NCBI GenBank assembly: GCA_964588065.1
Contig: CAZPOS010000002.1
Coordinates: 5,482 to 69,481, forward strand
Direction: 5' to 3'
DNA from: an uncultured Reyranella sp.
GTDB taxonomy: Bacteria; Pseudomonadota; Alphaproteobacteria; Reyranellales; Reyranellaceae
Length of the DNA: 64,000 nucleotides
Both the position numbers and the translations under genes were made by a program. Positions 19,303-29,045 of this stretch are shown here, piece after piece. The notes beneath the pieces were generated by a model. It was not told the DNA's origin and searched no databases. It saw nothing but the letters and a program-made list of their open reading frames with translations. How positions within the stretch are numbered: position 1 is the first letter of the stretch; the number at the start of each line of letters is the position of its first letter.

Positions 19303-20304
19303 TCAAAGGGGTTGGATCGGTGGTACCTGCCCCTCCGGCGGGAGTTGCGGTTGCAGTTCCGGGGACGGCACGGGAGCTTGCGATGGCACTGGGTCGATCG
19401 GAACCGGAGTCTCGGGAACCGGCGTGGGCGACAGAGTGCGCACCTGTACGTCCACCAGAGCATTCACCGTAACCCCCGGCGGGCCCGTAAAGCTGCCCTT
19501 GATCGGCATCGCCTGCTCGGGATCTCGGGCGACCGCGACACGAATGAGTCGCTCGCTGCCGATGATGCCATTCGTCGGATCGAATTCGACCCAGCCGGCG
19601 CCCGGCAGATAAACCTCCATCCAGGCGTGAGGATAGGCATGCGTCGTCGCCTCGCCCGGCGCCGCGTCGAGCGCGGGATCGTAGAGGTAGCCGGTGATGA
19701 AGCGGGCCGCGAGGCCGAGCGAGCGACAGCATTCGATCATCAGCAGGGCATAGTCGCGACAGGTGCCACCGCCCGTCTCGAGCGTGACAGCGGGCACCTG
19801 GGTGCCCGGCTCGAAGCGCATTGCATAGGTCAGCTTTTCCTGGATACCCACGCAGAGCCGCTTCAGGAGGCCGAACGTATCGTTTCCCCCCTCGCCCTCC
19901 ATGAACTGCTTCGTCCAGGTGGCGACGCTCGACGTCGGATCGGGATAAGAGCGCTCGACGTAACGGGCCAAGTCGGGCGCTTCCTCGGACGCGTAGCTGA
20001 ATGGCAGGGTACGCGCGAACTCCTCGATCGGCGGCAGTTCGGGCGGCACGCCGAAATGCTCCAGTTCGATCGTGCTGACCAGCTCGAGCACCGGGGTGGT
20101 GCCTTCGAAGGCGGCTATGGCGATCGAGTTGCCGAACGGATCGTGGATCCAGCGCACCTGCGCGGCAGGATCGATCACCAGACCGGTATGCAGCAGGCGG
20201 AGATCATGGCTGTCGCGCGGCCTGAACATCAGCCTGTGATCGCCGAGCGTCACCGGCTCGGAATATTCGTAACGCGTCCGGTGGACGATCTCGAGGGTGC
20301 GCAT
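19303..20304 (-). CDS. transglutaminase family protein (Bact_transglu_N + core) with Pro-rich tail
   Basis: HRTRYEY, GTCRDYA, HAWMEVYLPGAGWVEFDPTN (Cys-His-Asp triad); start ATG at 20304. Confidence 0.92.
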   Translation of the reverse strand: MRTLEIVHRTRYEYSEPVTLGDHRLMFRPRDSHDLRLLHTGLVIDPAAQVRWIHDPFGNSIAIAAFEGTTPVLELVSTIELEHFGVPPELPPIEEFARTLPFSYASEEAPDLARYVERSYPDPTSSVATWTKQFMEGEGGNDTFGLLKRLCVGIQEKLTYAMRFEPGTQVPAVTLETGGGTCRDYALLMIECCRSLGLAARFITGYLYDPALDAAPGEATTHAYPHAWMEVYLPGAGWVEFDPTNGIIGSERLIRVAVARDPEQAMPIKGSFTGPPGVTVNALVDVQVRTLSPTPVPETPVPIDPVPSQAPVPSPELQPQLPPEGQVPPIQPL

Positions 20305-20315
20305 GCGGCCGGGAT

Positions 20316-20340
20316 AATGCCCGAACGTCCGGCTCGTTGC
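20316..20340 (-). promoter_or_regulatory. possible EcfG-type promoter (GCAAC-N16-CATT), giving a near-leaderless transglutaminase transcript
   Basis: Plus strand AATG(20316)-N16-GTTGC(20336); one mismatch to CGTT. Confidence 0.4.
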
Positions 20341-20366
20341 ACCCGTGCCGGCCGTTATTATTGCGT

Positions 20367-21164
20367 TCAGGCGAAAGGATAAGGGCCCGGAAACGTTCCG
20401 ACCGGGACGAAATGCGAGACGAGGCCTCTCTCTGCCTGCCAGTGATGCAACAGCATCGCCGGCGGCTCGATATACGAGGCCGGCTTCGCGCCGGGGCAAA
20501 GTCGCAGCGCAATCGCCGTCGTAGTGGAGGGCGCCGTGCACAGGAGCGTGCCGCCGAACCGGATCTGCATGACCCTGTGGACATGCCCGCAGAGGATGCG
20601 CTCGACCTGAGGATGGCGCGCGACGACGGCAGCGAGCCTGTGCCCCTCTCGGCAGTCATAGGGATCCATATAGGGAATGCCGGTCACGAAAGGCGGCTGA
20701 TGCATCATGACGATCGTGGGCCGCGCTGGCTCGGAAGCCAAAACGCCGTCCAGCCAGGCCGCCGCCTCTGTACTCACCGCGCCGTGATGAAGGCCCGGTA
20801 GCGTGACGTCCAACGCTACGACCCGCACGGGGCCCCGGTCACCCACAACATAGTCGATCGGCCCCGTGGCTGGCAGCCAGGACTGCTCGGCGAAAGTGCG
20901 CCGAAAGGCCTCGCGCTCGTCGTGATTGCCGGGAATCGCGAGGAACGGGACATCCAGCCCCGCGAGTAGCCGCGACAGCATCGCATACTCTTCATCCTGG
21001 CCCTGATCGACCAGATCGCCGCTCAGCAGCACGAGATCGGGTCGCGGATCGAGTGCCTTGACCTGTGCGATGGCCGCCGCGAACTGCGCATTGGAATCGA
21101 CAACCCCTTGGTAGAGCACTCCCTCGGCACGAACATGGGGATCGGACAGATGGGCGATCAGCAT
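20367..21164 (-). CDS. metallophosphoesterase (CpdA/GpdQ-like phosphodiesterase)
   Basis: SDPH, GDLVD, GNHD and GHVH motifs. Confidence 0.92.
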   Translation of the reverse strand: MLIAHLSDPHVRAEGVLYQGVVDSNAQFAAAIAQVKALDPRPDLVLLSGDLVDQGQDEEYAMLSRLLAGLDVPFLAIPGNHDEREAFRRTFAEQSWLPATGPIDYVVGDRGPVRVVALDVTLPGLHHGAVSTEAAAWLDGVLASEPARPTIVMMHQPPFVTGIPYMDPYDCREGHRLAAVVARHPQVERILCGHVHRVMQIRFGGTLLCTAPSTTTAIALRLCPGAKPASYIEPPAMLLHHWQAERGLVSHFVPVGTFPGPYPFA

Positions 21165-21815
21165 CTAGCCGGCCTTTCGGTCGAACTGCTCCAGCCCCTG
21201 CCGCCCTTTCGGCGTGATCGCATAGACACCGCGCGCCACCCTTTCGAACCAGCCGTAGACGTCGGCTTGCAGGATCTGGGCCGCCTTGGGGGCCCGGCCG
21301 GCCTCGCGCACCGCCGCCACCTTCATCGGCCCGTTCGCCGCCAGAAGTTCGGCGCAGCGCAGGGCCTCCTGCCGATACGCCGTCATCAGCGGCGCGCGCA
21401 TCGCCTGGCCGCCGACATTGGGATCGCCGACCCGGCGCGCATGCTCCCCAAGCAGCCGGCCCGCCTTCCGCGTGTTCGGCCGTGGCATATAGGGAACGGG
21501 ATCGAGCACCACGTCGGCCTTGCCGCTGGCGACCACAATGAAGCCCAGCCCCAGCCGGCGGCAGAGCTTCTTCACATTCTTCATTTGCTTGGGCCACTGG
21601 CCGACGGCGAGATAGACGAGATCCGTGAGCGCGAGACGGTCGACACCCTGCAAGACGAGGCCCAGACCGAAGGTTCGCTTCAGCTCGACGACTACCGGCG
21701 GCTCCGCGCCGCGAACGCCCACGACGTCACAGCCGCGGACCTCCCCCTTGACGACGTACCCCTGCCCTTCGAGGAGCCCCTTCACGGGCGCATAGAGGTC
21801 GCTCTCCAACGTCAT
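21165..21815 (-). CDS. DUF2161 family protein (PD-(D/E)XK-like)
   Basis: ESDLYAPVK, VKGEVRGCD, VVELK, TAYRQEAL and YGWFERV motifs. Confidence 0.85.
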   Translation of the reverse strand: MTLESDLYAPVKGLLEGQGYVVKGEVRGCDVVGVRGAEPPVVVELKRTFGLGLVLQGVDRLALTDLVYLAVGQWPKQMKNVKKLCRRLGLGFIVVASGKADVVLDPVPYMPRPNTRKAGRLLGEHARRVGDPNVGGQAMRAPLMTAYRQEALRCAELLAANGPMKVAAVREAGRAPKAAQILQADVYGWFERVARGVYAITPKGRQGLEQFDRKAG

Positions 21816-21860
21816 GGCCGCGCACGCTATCATGCGCTTCAGTGGGTGAATGAGGAAAAC

Positions 21861-23234
21861 ATGACCGAGTTGCTGGATCAGGGCGCCGCCGCCATCGCGG
21901 CAGCCGTGCGGGCGGGCAGGACTAAGGCGAGGGACGTGGCCGAAATGGCGATCGCCCGCGTCGAGGCGCGAAACGGTGAGCTCACCGCCATCGTCGACTT
22001 CGATCCGGCCGAGGCCCGTGCCGCCGCCGATGCGGTCGACTCGCGGCGCAGGCAGGGTTTTGATGGACCGATCCTCGGCGTCCCCTACACCGTCAAGGAC
22101 ACGACGTGGGTCGCAGGCCGCACCGTCACCAACGGCTCGCTGCTCTACAAGGACTTCAAGCCGCCGCGCGATGCGCTCGCGGTCGAGCGGCTGAAGGCCG
22201 CGGGCGGCATCTTCCTCGGCATGACCAACACGCCGGAAATGGCCGCCAAGGGCCACACCGAAAACAAGGTCTACGGCCCGTCCCGCCATCCCCTGAATCC
22301 GGCCCTGACGCCGGGGGGCTCCTCTGGCGGTGCCGCGGCCGCGCTGGCGGCGGGCTTCTCGCCGATCGCGCTGGGAACCGATGGTGGCGGATCGGGCCGC
22401 CGACCCGCCTCCCATTGCGGCGTCGTCGGCCTCAAGACCTCGGCCGGTGCGATCCCCTCGGCGTTCGGATTTGGCGGTGCCTACGGTCCGCTCTACGGCG
22501 TGACGGCGCCGATGGGCCGCACGGTTGGCGACGCCAGGGTCGGCTTCGAGGTCATGGCGGGTCCCGACCGACGCGACCCGCATTCGGTAGCCCTGCTTGA
22601 CGTTCCGCCGCCCAGCGCGCCACGCATTGCCGTGAGTCCGCGCCTCGGTCTCGGCGTTGCCGTCGATCCGGACGTCATGACGGCGTTCGAAACGGCGGTC
22701 GCGAAGCTGCGGGCAGCCGGCTGGCGCATCGAGGAAGCGGACGTCACTTGGCCCGACGAGACCAGCGAAACCGCGTTCTCGGCCGTGAACGGCGCGGCCT
22801 CCGCTTTGCTATACGGTGAACGGCATGCGGCCGACAGAGAGTTGTTCGGTGACAACATTGCCGGCCTGATCGAGCGTGGCCGCTCGGTTCCCGGCACCGA
22901 CGTCGTGGCGGCCTTCCGGTTCGCCGATGCGTGCGCACGCGCCGTCGCACAGTTTTTCACCGAGTACGACTATCTGCTGACACCGACGACGGCGTGTGTG
23001 TCGTGGCCCGTCGAACAGGTCTACCCAAGGATCATCGAAGGCAAGGAAGCCGGACCGCGTGGTCACGCCGCCTTCACGCCCCTGTTCAATCTCGCCCTCG
23101 TGCCGGCGATCTCGGTGCCGTGCGGCAGCGGCCGTGACGGGCTCCCCGTAGGGCTGCAGATCGTCGCCCCGCGCCTGCATGACCGGCCGCTGCTCGCGAT
23201 GGCGCAGCGGGCGGAAACGGCGCTCGCCGGCTAG
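21861..23234 (+). CDS. amidase signature family enzyme
   Basis: VKD, GGSSGG and GTDGGGSGRRPAS motifs; GAGG RBS before ATG 21861. Confidence 0.92.
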   Translation: MTELLDQGAAAIAAAVRAGRTKARDVAEMAIARVEARNGELTAIVDFDPAEARAAADAVDSRRRQGFDGPILGVPYTVKDTTWVAGRTVTNGSLLYKDFKPPRDALAVERLKAAGGIFLGMTNTPEMAAKGHTENKVYGPSRHPLNPALTPGGSSGGAAAALAAGFSPIALGTDGGGSGRRPASHCGVVGLKTSAGAIPSAFGFGGAYGPLYGVTAPMGRTVGDARVGFEVMAGPDRRDPHSVALLDVPPPSAPRIAVSPRLGLGVAVDPDVMTAFETAVAKLRAAGWRIEEADVTWPDETSETAFSAVNGAASALLYGERHAADRELFGDNIAGLIERGRSVPGTDVVAAFRFADACARAVAQFFTEYDYLLTPTTACVSWPVEQVYPRIIEGKEAGPRGHAAFTPLFNLALVPAISVPCGSGRDGLPVGLQIVAPRLHDRPLLAMAQRAETALAG

Positions 23235-23260
23235 CGGCACGAGCATCGGCTCGCAGTGCC

Positions 23261-23521
23261 ATGCAGCTAACCGAAATCCTGATCGTCGTCGCCGTGGCGT
23301 TCGTCGTGGCGGTCGCCATTCGGGTCATCCGCGCGCGTCAGGCGGCGCGCAACCGGGGACCTGCCCATATCCATGAGGCGCTGATGAAGCGCGCCGAGCT
23401 TCAGGCCAAGCACAGCCCGTTTCTCAGGAAGGTGGTGGAAGAATTCAAAGCCAATGGGCACATCTCGAACCGGCAGGCGGAGGCCGTTCAGAAGGCGCTC
23501 AGACGGCTGGAACACGGCTGA
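23261..23521 (+). CDS. small membrane-anchored hypothetical protein
   Basis: N-terminal TM helix; fills the gap after the amidase. Confidence 0.7.
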   Translation: MQLTEILIVVAVAFVVAVAIRVIRARQAARNRGPAHIHEALMKRAELQAKHSPFLRKVVEEFKANGHISNRQAEAVQKALRRLEHG

Positions 23522-23537
23522 ACGAGCCGGAGACAGT

Positions 23538-23933
23538 TCACCAGGTGATGTGCACGCTTTCGGCCGATCGCCGATGCGGCCCATGATAGACCGCTTCGAC
23601 GTTATTCCCGTCGGGATCCAGAGCGAAGGCTGCATAGTAGCCCGGATGGTATTGCCGCTCGCCCGGCGCACCATTGTCGCGGCCGCCTGCCGACAGTACC
23701 GCCGAATGGAAGCGGTCGACGGCGGCGCGGTCTGGCGCCTGGAGCGCAAAATGCACGTGCGCCACCGCAGGGCCGACATCGACCCAGAGTTCGTCCGCGA
23801 AGAAATGGTCCTGCCCCTCGACCAGGGGTATTCCGAGCGCATCAAGCGCGGCCTTGTAGAAGCGCCTGGAGGCCTCGAGATCCCTGACCTTCAGATGTAG
23901 GTGATCGATCAGGCGCCCGCGGTGGATTTCCAT
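23538..23933 (-). CDS. VOC/glyoxalase family protein
   Basis: IDHLHL, HVHFAL and YAAFALDPDGNNVE motifs; AGGAGG RBS. Confidence 0.92.
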   Translation of the reverse strand: MEIHRGRLIDHLHLKVRDLEASRRFYKAALDALGIPLVEGQDHFFADELWVDVGPAVAHVHFALQAPDRAAVDRFHSAVLSAGGRDNGAPGERQYHPGYYAAFALDPDGNNVEAVYHGPHRRSAESVHITW

Positions 23934-23968
23934 GAATGCCTCCTGCGTAGTGCTGCAGTCGCCGAACG

Positions 23969-23993
23969 AACGCCGTTATCCAATGGCCGTTGC
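23969..23993 (-). promoter_or_regulatory. EcfG-type promoter GCAAC-N16-CGTT upstream of the VOC gene
   Basis: Plus strand AACG(23969)-ccgttatccaatggcc-GTTGC(23989). Confidence 0.7.
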
Positions 23994-24019
23994 CCCGAGA
24001 ATTCGACTAGGGTGACGCT

Positions 24020-25234
24020 GTGTCCCATAAGATAAAGATAAGCGCCGCTTCGGCCAGGCGAATCGCGCTGGCTGCACAGGGCTTCGGGAACACCCGACCG
24101 GAAGGCCCGGTCAATCGAGGCCATGTGAAACGGGCCATAGACCGGCTGGGCCTGCTGCAGATCGATTCCGTGAATGTGCTCGCGCGCGCCCATTATCTCC
24201 CGCTGTTCTCGCGGCTCGGCAACTACGACAGCACGCATCTCGACGCGATGGCCTGGGGCAGCCGACCGCGCCGCGGCCTGTTCGAATTCTGGGCTCACGA
24301 AGCATCGCTGCTGCCGTTGGCTTCGCAGCCATTGCTGCGCTGGCGCATGGCGGGGGCGCTGGAAGGGACCAGCAAGGGCACGCTGCAGAAATTTCGTCGC
24401 GAGAAGGCCGCCTACATCGAGGAAGTCCGCCGGCAGGTCGAGGCGCGCGGTCCCATCGCCGCGTCGGACCTTGCCGATGGTGGCGCGAAGCGCGGCCCCT
24501 GGTGGGGATGGAACGATGGCAAGCTGGCGCTCGAATGGCTGTTCTTCGCCGGGATCGTAACAACGGCCACGCGCCGCGGCGCCTTCGAGCGCGTCTACGA
24601 CCTTTCAGAGCGCGTCCTGCCGCCCGAGATCCGGGCACTGCCGACTCCCTCCGCCGCGGAAGCGCAACGCGAGCTGCTGCGCCTGTCGGCCCGCGCTCTC
24701 GGGGTCGCGACGGAGTTCGACCTGCGCGACTATTTCCGACTCCCGGTCGCCGACACCAAGGTGCGCCTGGCCGAGCTCGTCGAGGACGGTGATCTCGTGC
24801 CGGTCGAGGTCGAGGGCTGGAACCGACCGGCCTATCTCGACCCCGCCGTCCGTCAGCCGCGCCGGATCGAGGCGCGCGCCCTGCTCGCACCGTTCGATCC
24901 GCTCATCTGGGAGCGCGACCGCACGGAGAGGATCTTCAGTTTCTTCTATCGCATCGAGATCTACACACCGGTCGCCAAGCGCAAGCATGGCTACTACGTG
25001 CTGCCGTTCCTGCTCGACGACCGCCTGGTAGGCCGGATCGACCTGAAAGCGGACCGGGCGCGTTCCAAGCTGATGGTGCCGGCGGCGCATCTCGAAGCCG
25101 GCATCGCAGCGCGCGACGTGGCAGCCCCGATGCTCGATGAGCTGAGACTGATGGCCGACTGGCTGGGCCTCGAAGACCTGTCCCTGCCTCGGGAGGGGGA
25201 TCTGGGACGCGAGTGGAGTAGAATGGGCAAGTGA
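24020..25234 (+). CDS. ycaQ: YcaQ/AlkZ (HTH_42) family crosslink-repair DNA glycosylase
   Basis: LQIDSVNVLARAHY (QxD), WAHEAS, PFDPLIW and YRIEIY motifs. Confidence 0.88.
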   Translation: MSHKIKISAASARRIALAAQGFGNTRPEGPVNRGHVKRAIDRLGLLQIDSVNVLARAHYLPLFSRLGNYDSTHLDAMAWGSRPRRGLFEFWAHEASLLPLASQPLLRWRMAGALEGTSKGTLQKFRREKAAYIEEVRRQVEARGPIAASDLADGGAKRGPWWGWNDGKLALEWLFFAGIVTTATRRGAFERVYDLSERVLPPEIRALPTPSAAEAQRELLRLSARALGVATEFDLRDYFRLPVADTKVRLAELVEDGDLVPVEVEGWNRPAYLDPAVRQPRRIEARALLAPFDPLIWERDRTERIFSFFYRIEIYTPVAKRKHGYYVLPFLLDDRLVGRIDLKADRARSKLMVPAAHLEAGIAARDVAAPMLDELRLMADWLGLEDLSLPREGDLGREWSRMGK

Positions 25235-25259
25235 TGTGCGCTGGAAGGATGAAACGAGC

Positions 25260-26387
25260 ATGAACGATCTGGTTCTCAAGGGCGGCCGCGTGATCGATCC
25301 GTCGCAAGGCATCGACCGGGTGACCGACATCGCTTTCGCCGGCGGCAAGGTCGCGGCGATCGGCGATGGGCTCTCGGGCAGCGAGACGCGCGACGTTGCG
25401 GGCAAGATCGTCTCGCCGGGTCTCATCGATCTGCACACGCATGTCTATTGGGGCGGCACATCGCTCGGTGTCGAAGCGGAGCTGCTCGCCCGGTCGGGCG
25501 GTGTCACCACCTTCATCGATGCGGGCAGCGCAGGTCCCGGCAACTTCCACGGCTTTCGCAAGCACGTGATCGAGACGTCACCGGTCCGCATCCTGCCGTT
25601 CCTCAACGTCTCCTTCCCCGGCATCTTCGCCTTCTCGAAGTCCGTGATGGTGGGCGAGAGCGCCGACATGCGCCTGCTGGATGCGCGCGAGGCCGTCCGG
25701 GTGGCGCGCGAGCACAAGGATCTGGTGCTCGGCGTAAAGGTCCGCGTCGGCAAGTCGGCGAGCGGCGATTCCGGCATCATGCCGCTCGACATTGCCCTCG
25801 ACGTCGCCGAGGAGGCCGGCCTGCCTATGATGGCGCATCTCGACTCCCCGCCGCCCTCCCGACACGAGGTCGTCAGCCGCCTGCGCCCCGGCGACATCCT
25901 CACCCATTGCTTCCGCCCCTTCCCCAATGCGCCGGTCCAGCCCGACGGTAAGGTGCGGGACGAGATCCTGGCGGCCCGGGAGCGCGGTGTGATCTTCGAC
26001 ATCGGCCACGGCGGCGGCTCTTTCGGCTTCGGCACGACGCGCAAGATGCTTGCTGCCGGCTTCCTGCCGGACGTGATCTCGTCCGACGTACATGCGATCT
26101 CGATCGAAGGCCCGGCCTTCGACCTTCTCACCACCATGTCGAAGTTTCTCTGCCTGGGTCTCGACCTCGCGACAGTCATCAAACTCGCCACCGCCAATGC
26201 GGCCGCTGCCATCAAGAGGCCCGACCTCGGCACCCTCAAGGTGGGCAGTGTCGGCGAAGCCACCGTGATCGATCAGGTGAGCGGGACGTTCGACTATGCC
26301 GATTCGATCGGCGAACGACTCGTCGGCGACAGCCGGCTCCTGTCGGTCGGAGTGGTCCTCGCCGGACGTTGGTGGCACCCGTTGTAG
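25260..26387 (+). CDS. amidohydrolase/deacetylase family metallohydrolase (dihydroorotase-like)
   Basis: IDLHTH, DAGSAG, THCF, DIGHG and SSDVH motifs. Confidence 0.9.
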   Translation: MNDLVLKGGRVIDPSQGIDRVTDIAFAGGKVAAIGDGLSGSETRDVAGKIVSPGLIDLHTHVYWGGTSLGVEAELLARSGGVTTFIDAGSAGPGNFHGFRKHVIETSPVRILPFLNVSFPGIFAFSKSVMVGESADMRLLDAREAVRVAREHKDLVLGVKVRVGKSASGDSGIMPLDIALDVAEEAGLPMMAHLDSPPPSRHEVVSRLRPGDILTHCFRPFPNAPVQPDGKVRDEILAARERGVIFDIGHGGGSFGFGTTRKMLAAGFLPDVISSDVHAISIEGPAFDLLTTMSKFLCLGLDLATVIKLATANAAAAIKRPDLGTLKVGSVGEATVIDQVSGTFDYADSIGERLVGDSRLLSVGVVLAGRWWHPL

Positions 26388-26390
26388 CCA

Positions 26391-26627
26391 ATGAACGCCG
26401 AGTCGCCCTCCTCACCCGCTTGCCTGGCCCATGAAGCCGACGACGGCTACATGGGGTTCGCAACCGCGCCAGAGATCGCCCGCTTCCTGGCAGATTTCGA
26501 CGCCGCACCGATGGCCCAACGGGCGGAGTTGCTTCGGCAGATGCTTCCGAGGGTGCGGGATGACGGGTTGCACGCGGAGCTGCGCTCCCGCCTGGAGCAA
26601 ATTGAGGCTGCTGAATCAGGCACTTAG
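26391..26627 (+). CDS. small hypothetical protein resembling an internally shortened DUF6306-type protein
   Basis: SSPACLAHEADDGYMG N-terminus and MLPRVRDDGLHAEL C-terminus; ATG 3 nt after the amidohydrolase stop. Confidence 0.6.
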   Translation: MNAESPSSPACLAHEADDGYMGFATAPEIARFLADFDAAPMAQRAELLRQMLPRVRDDGLHAELRSRLEQIEAAESGT

Positions 26628-26655
26628 CACGTCAGCAAAAATTTGGCGCGACCCT

Positions 26656-26681
26656 GCAACCATTAAAGGCGGAAGGCCGTT
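26656..26681 (+). promoter_or_regulatory. EcfG-type promoter GCAAC-N17-CGTT
   Basis: GCAAC(26656)-cattaaaggcggaaggc-CGTT(26678). Confidence 0.7.
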
Positions 26682-26686
26682 GCAAG

Positions 26687-26798
26687 GGCATGGTTGGATA
26701 ATTGGTGTTGCCTCTGCCCCCGCTCAGCGACACCTCTCTCCCCGTCCGACCGCACCAAGCCCGTCCCCGGTTCATCCTCGGGGGCGGGCTTTCTCTTT
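26687..26798 (+). ncRNA. candidate EcfG-dependent small RNA with C/U-rich loops (about 110 nt)
   Basis: Promoter upstream; nested stems GGTTGGAT/GTCCGACC and GGTGTTGC/GCGACACC; unpaired CCCCC and TCTCTCCCC; terminator; no credible ORF. Confidence 0.65.
26757..26798 (+). terminator. Rho-independent terminator
   Basis: AAGCCCGTCCCCG...CGGGGGCGGGCTT followed by TCTCTTT. Confidence 0.8.
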
Positions 26799-26887
26799 GG
26801 GCGCCAACACGGTGTTCTAGCGGGCGTTTTGCCCCGCACCGTGCCCTTATATGGAAGGATGGGGACACCGACGCTTTCGACGGCCCG

Positions 26888-27847
26888 CTACGTCAAAAAG
26901 GCAACGGCGAAAAGTCGCTCAGGATCGGTCCACAGTGCCGCAATTGAGAAGCCACCACGGCGGGCCAGTTCGGCGATATCCTCATCATCGTACTTGTACG
27001 AGTACTCGGTGTGAATGCGCTCGCCCTCGGTGAATTGGAATCGCCGGCCGGAGACCACGACGACCTGGTCCCGCAGGCTGCGGACGTAGATTTCGATGCG
27101 GCCGGAGGATTCGTTGTACGACGCATCATGAGCGAAAGCCGAGAGATCGAAATTCGCCTCCAGCTCGCGGTTCATGCGGCGAAGCAGGTTCAGAGTGAAC
27201 CGCGCCGTGACGCCGGCGCGATCGTTGTAGGCGTCGTGCAATTTCCGCGGATCCTTCTTGAGATCGACGCCCAGCACCAAGGCACCGTGCGCCCCCAGCA
27301 ACCGTCGGGCCCGCTTGAGGAACAGCACGGCTTCGTCCGGCACGAGGTTACCGATGGTGGACCCCGGAAAGAAGCCGATGCGACGGGCATCGCCAATCGG
27401 TCCCGGCAGTTCATCGAGCGCCATATAGTCGCCCGTCACCGGCTCGACGCGGAGGCCGGGATACTCCTCCCGCAGTCGACGGGCCGTCGACTCGAGGTGC
27501 TGTCGCGAGATGTCGATCGGTATATAGGCCTGAAGGTCTGACATCGCTTCGAGAAGCAGCCGGGTCTTGACGCTCGATCCGCTGCCATACTCCACCAAGG
27601 CTGCCCCAGGGCCCGCCAGGCGCGCGATCTCCGGCGCATGCTGGCGCAGGATCGACGCCTCAGTGCGTGTCGGATAGTATTCCTCCTGCTCGCAGATCGC
27701 ATCGAACAGTGCGGAGCCGCGCGCGTCGTAGAGATACTTGGCGGGAATTGCACGAGTGGCCTGGGAGAGTCCCGCGAGGACGTCGCGGCGGAAGGCCTCA
27801 CGATCGACGAGTTCGCCGTCGTCAGTCGCCAGAAGCGGCACGTTCAT
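26888..27847 (-). CDS. egtD: L-histidine N-alpha-methyltransferase (ergothioneine biosynthesis)
   Basis: [33 protein letters not shown] and IHTEYSYKY motifs. Confidence 0.95.
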   Translation of the reverse strand: MNVPLLATDDGELVDREAFRRDVLAGLSQATRAIPAKYLYDARGSALFDAICEQEEYYPTRTEASILRQHAPEIARLAGPGAALVEYGSGSSVKTRLLLEAMSDLQAYIPIDISRQHLESTARRLREEYPGLRVEPVTGDYMALDELPGPIGDARRIGFFPGSTIGNLVPDEAVLFLKRARRLLGAHGALVLGVDLKKDPRKLHDAYNDRAGVTARFTLNLLRRMNRELEANFDLSAFAHDASYNESSGRIEIYVRSLRDQVVVVSGRRFQFTEGERIHTEYSYKYDDEDIAELARRGGFSIAALWTDPERLFAVAFLT

Positions 27848-29028
27848 CGAAGATCCTCCGCGAGTCGGATCCCACCAAACATCCATCGGGCGTCGGGCGG
27901 AAAGAAGTTGCGATAGGTGCGGCGCACATGTCCGGCGGGCGTGGCCGAGCACCCGCCCCGGAGCACCATCTGGTTGGCCATGAACTTGCCGTTGTATTCG
28001 CCCACGGCACCGCGTGGTTCACGATAGCCGGGATAGGCCGTATAGGGACTGGCGGTCCATTCCCAGACCTCGCCCGTTCCCTCGAGGCTGTCAGCGGCAA
28101 TCTCCCACTCGGCTTCGCGCGGGAGACGTTTGCCCGCCCACTTGGCATACGCAGCCGCCTCGAAGCCACTGACATGACAGACTGGACGGCCGGGCTCGAC
28201 CCGCTCCAGACCCGACAGGGTGAAGGCGTGCCAAATGCCGTCCTGTCTTTCCCAATAGAGAGGCGCCTCCCAGCCGCGCTGCTTTACGCAGTCCCAGCCG
28301 GCCGAGAGCCAGAACTCGGGGCGCCTGTAGCCGCCATCCTCGATGAATTCGAGATACTCGGCACAAGACACCGGACGGCGTGCGAGAGCGAAGGCGTCGA
28401 GCCAGGAACGATGACGAGGTCCCTCGTTGTCGAAGGCGAACCCGTGACCGTCATGACCGGTTTCGACAAGCCCCCCTTCGAACTCGCGCCATGACATCGC
28501 CGGAGACTCCAGCGACGTCCGGGCGCGCGCTGCACGATATGCGGGGCGCAAGGGATTCATCGACAGGGCATGCTTGATGTCCATCAGGATGAGCTCCTGA
28601 TGCTGTTGCTCATGATGCAGGCCCAGTTCGACAAGTTCGTCCGCGGCGCGATCCTTCTCGAGAAGGTCCAGCATGGCCGTGGTCACATGCCGGCGGTAGG
28701 CCAGCACTTCCTCAACACCGGGGCGCGTGATCAGGCCCCTCTGGGGACGCGGATGGCGCGGACCGACAGCTTCGTAATAGGAGTTGAAGAGATACTCATA
28801 GCTCGGATCGAACACCCGGTAGCCGACCGCATGCTGACGAAGCACGAAAGTCTCGAAGAACCACGTCGTATGAGCGAGATGCCATTTGGTCGGACTGGCA
28901 TCCGGCATCGACTGCACTGTCTGGTCTTCGGCGGAAAGGGGGGCGGCCAGCGCCTCGGTAAGCGACCGCACGCTTAGAAAGCGTTGGAGGTCGTGCGACA
29001 GCACGGCAAGCATCATCGATTTCGGCAC
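27844..29028 (-). CDS. egtB: ergothioneine sulfoxide synthase
   Basis: [25 protein letters not shown] iron motif, [11 protein letters not shown]-like C-terminus; overlaps egtD. Confidence 0.93.
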   Translation of the reverse strand: MPKSMMLAVLSHDLQRFLSVRSLTEALAAPLSAEDQTVQSMPDASPTKWHLAHTTWFFETFVLRQHAVGYRVFDPSYEYLFNSYYEAVGPRHPRPQRGLITRPGVEEVLAYRRHVTTAMLDLLEKDRAADELVELGLHHEQQHQELILMDIKHALSMNPLRPAYRAARARTSLESPAMSWREFEGGLVETGHDGHGFAFDNEGPRHRSWLDAFALARRPVSCAEYLEFIEDGGYRRPEFWLSAGWDCVKQRGWEAPLYWERQDGIWHAFTLSGLERVEPGRPVCHVSGFEAAAYAKWAGKRLPREAEWEIAADSLEGTGEVWEWTASPYTAYPGYREPRGAVGEYNGKFMANQMVLRGGCSATPAGHVRRTYRNFFPPDARWMFGGIRLAEDLR

Positions 29029-29045
29029 GGTACCTCCGGCTGCCT

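Noticed and set aside
21108-23234. 708-aa extended amidase
   Set aside because: The extension is antisense to the DUF2161 gene; the real start is ATG 21861 with a GAGG RBS.
27844-29028. Possible selenoneine synthase SenA
   Set aside because: No senB or senC/selD neighbours; coupling to egtD fits EgtB.
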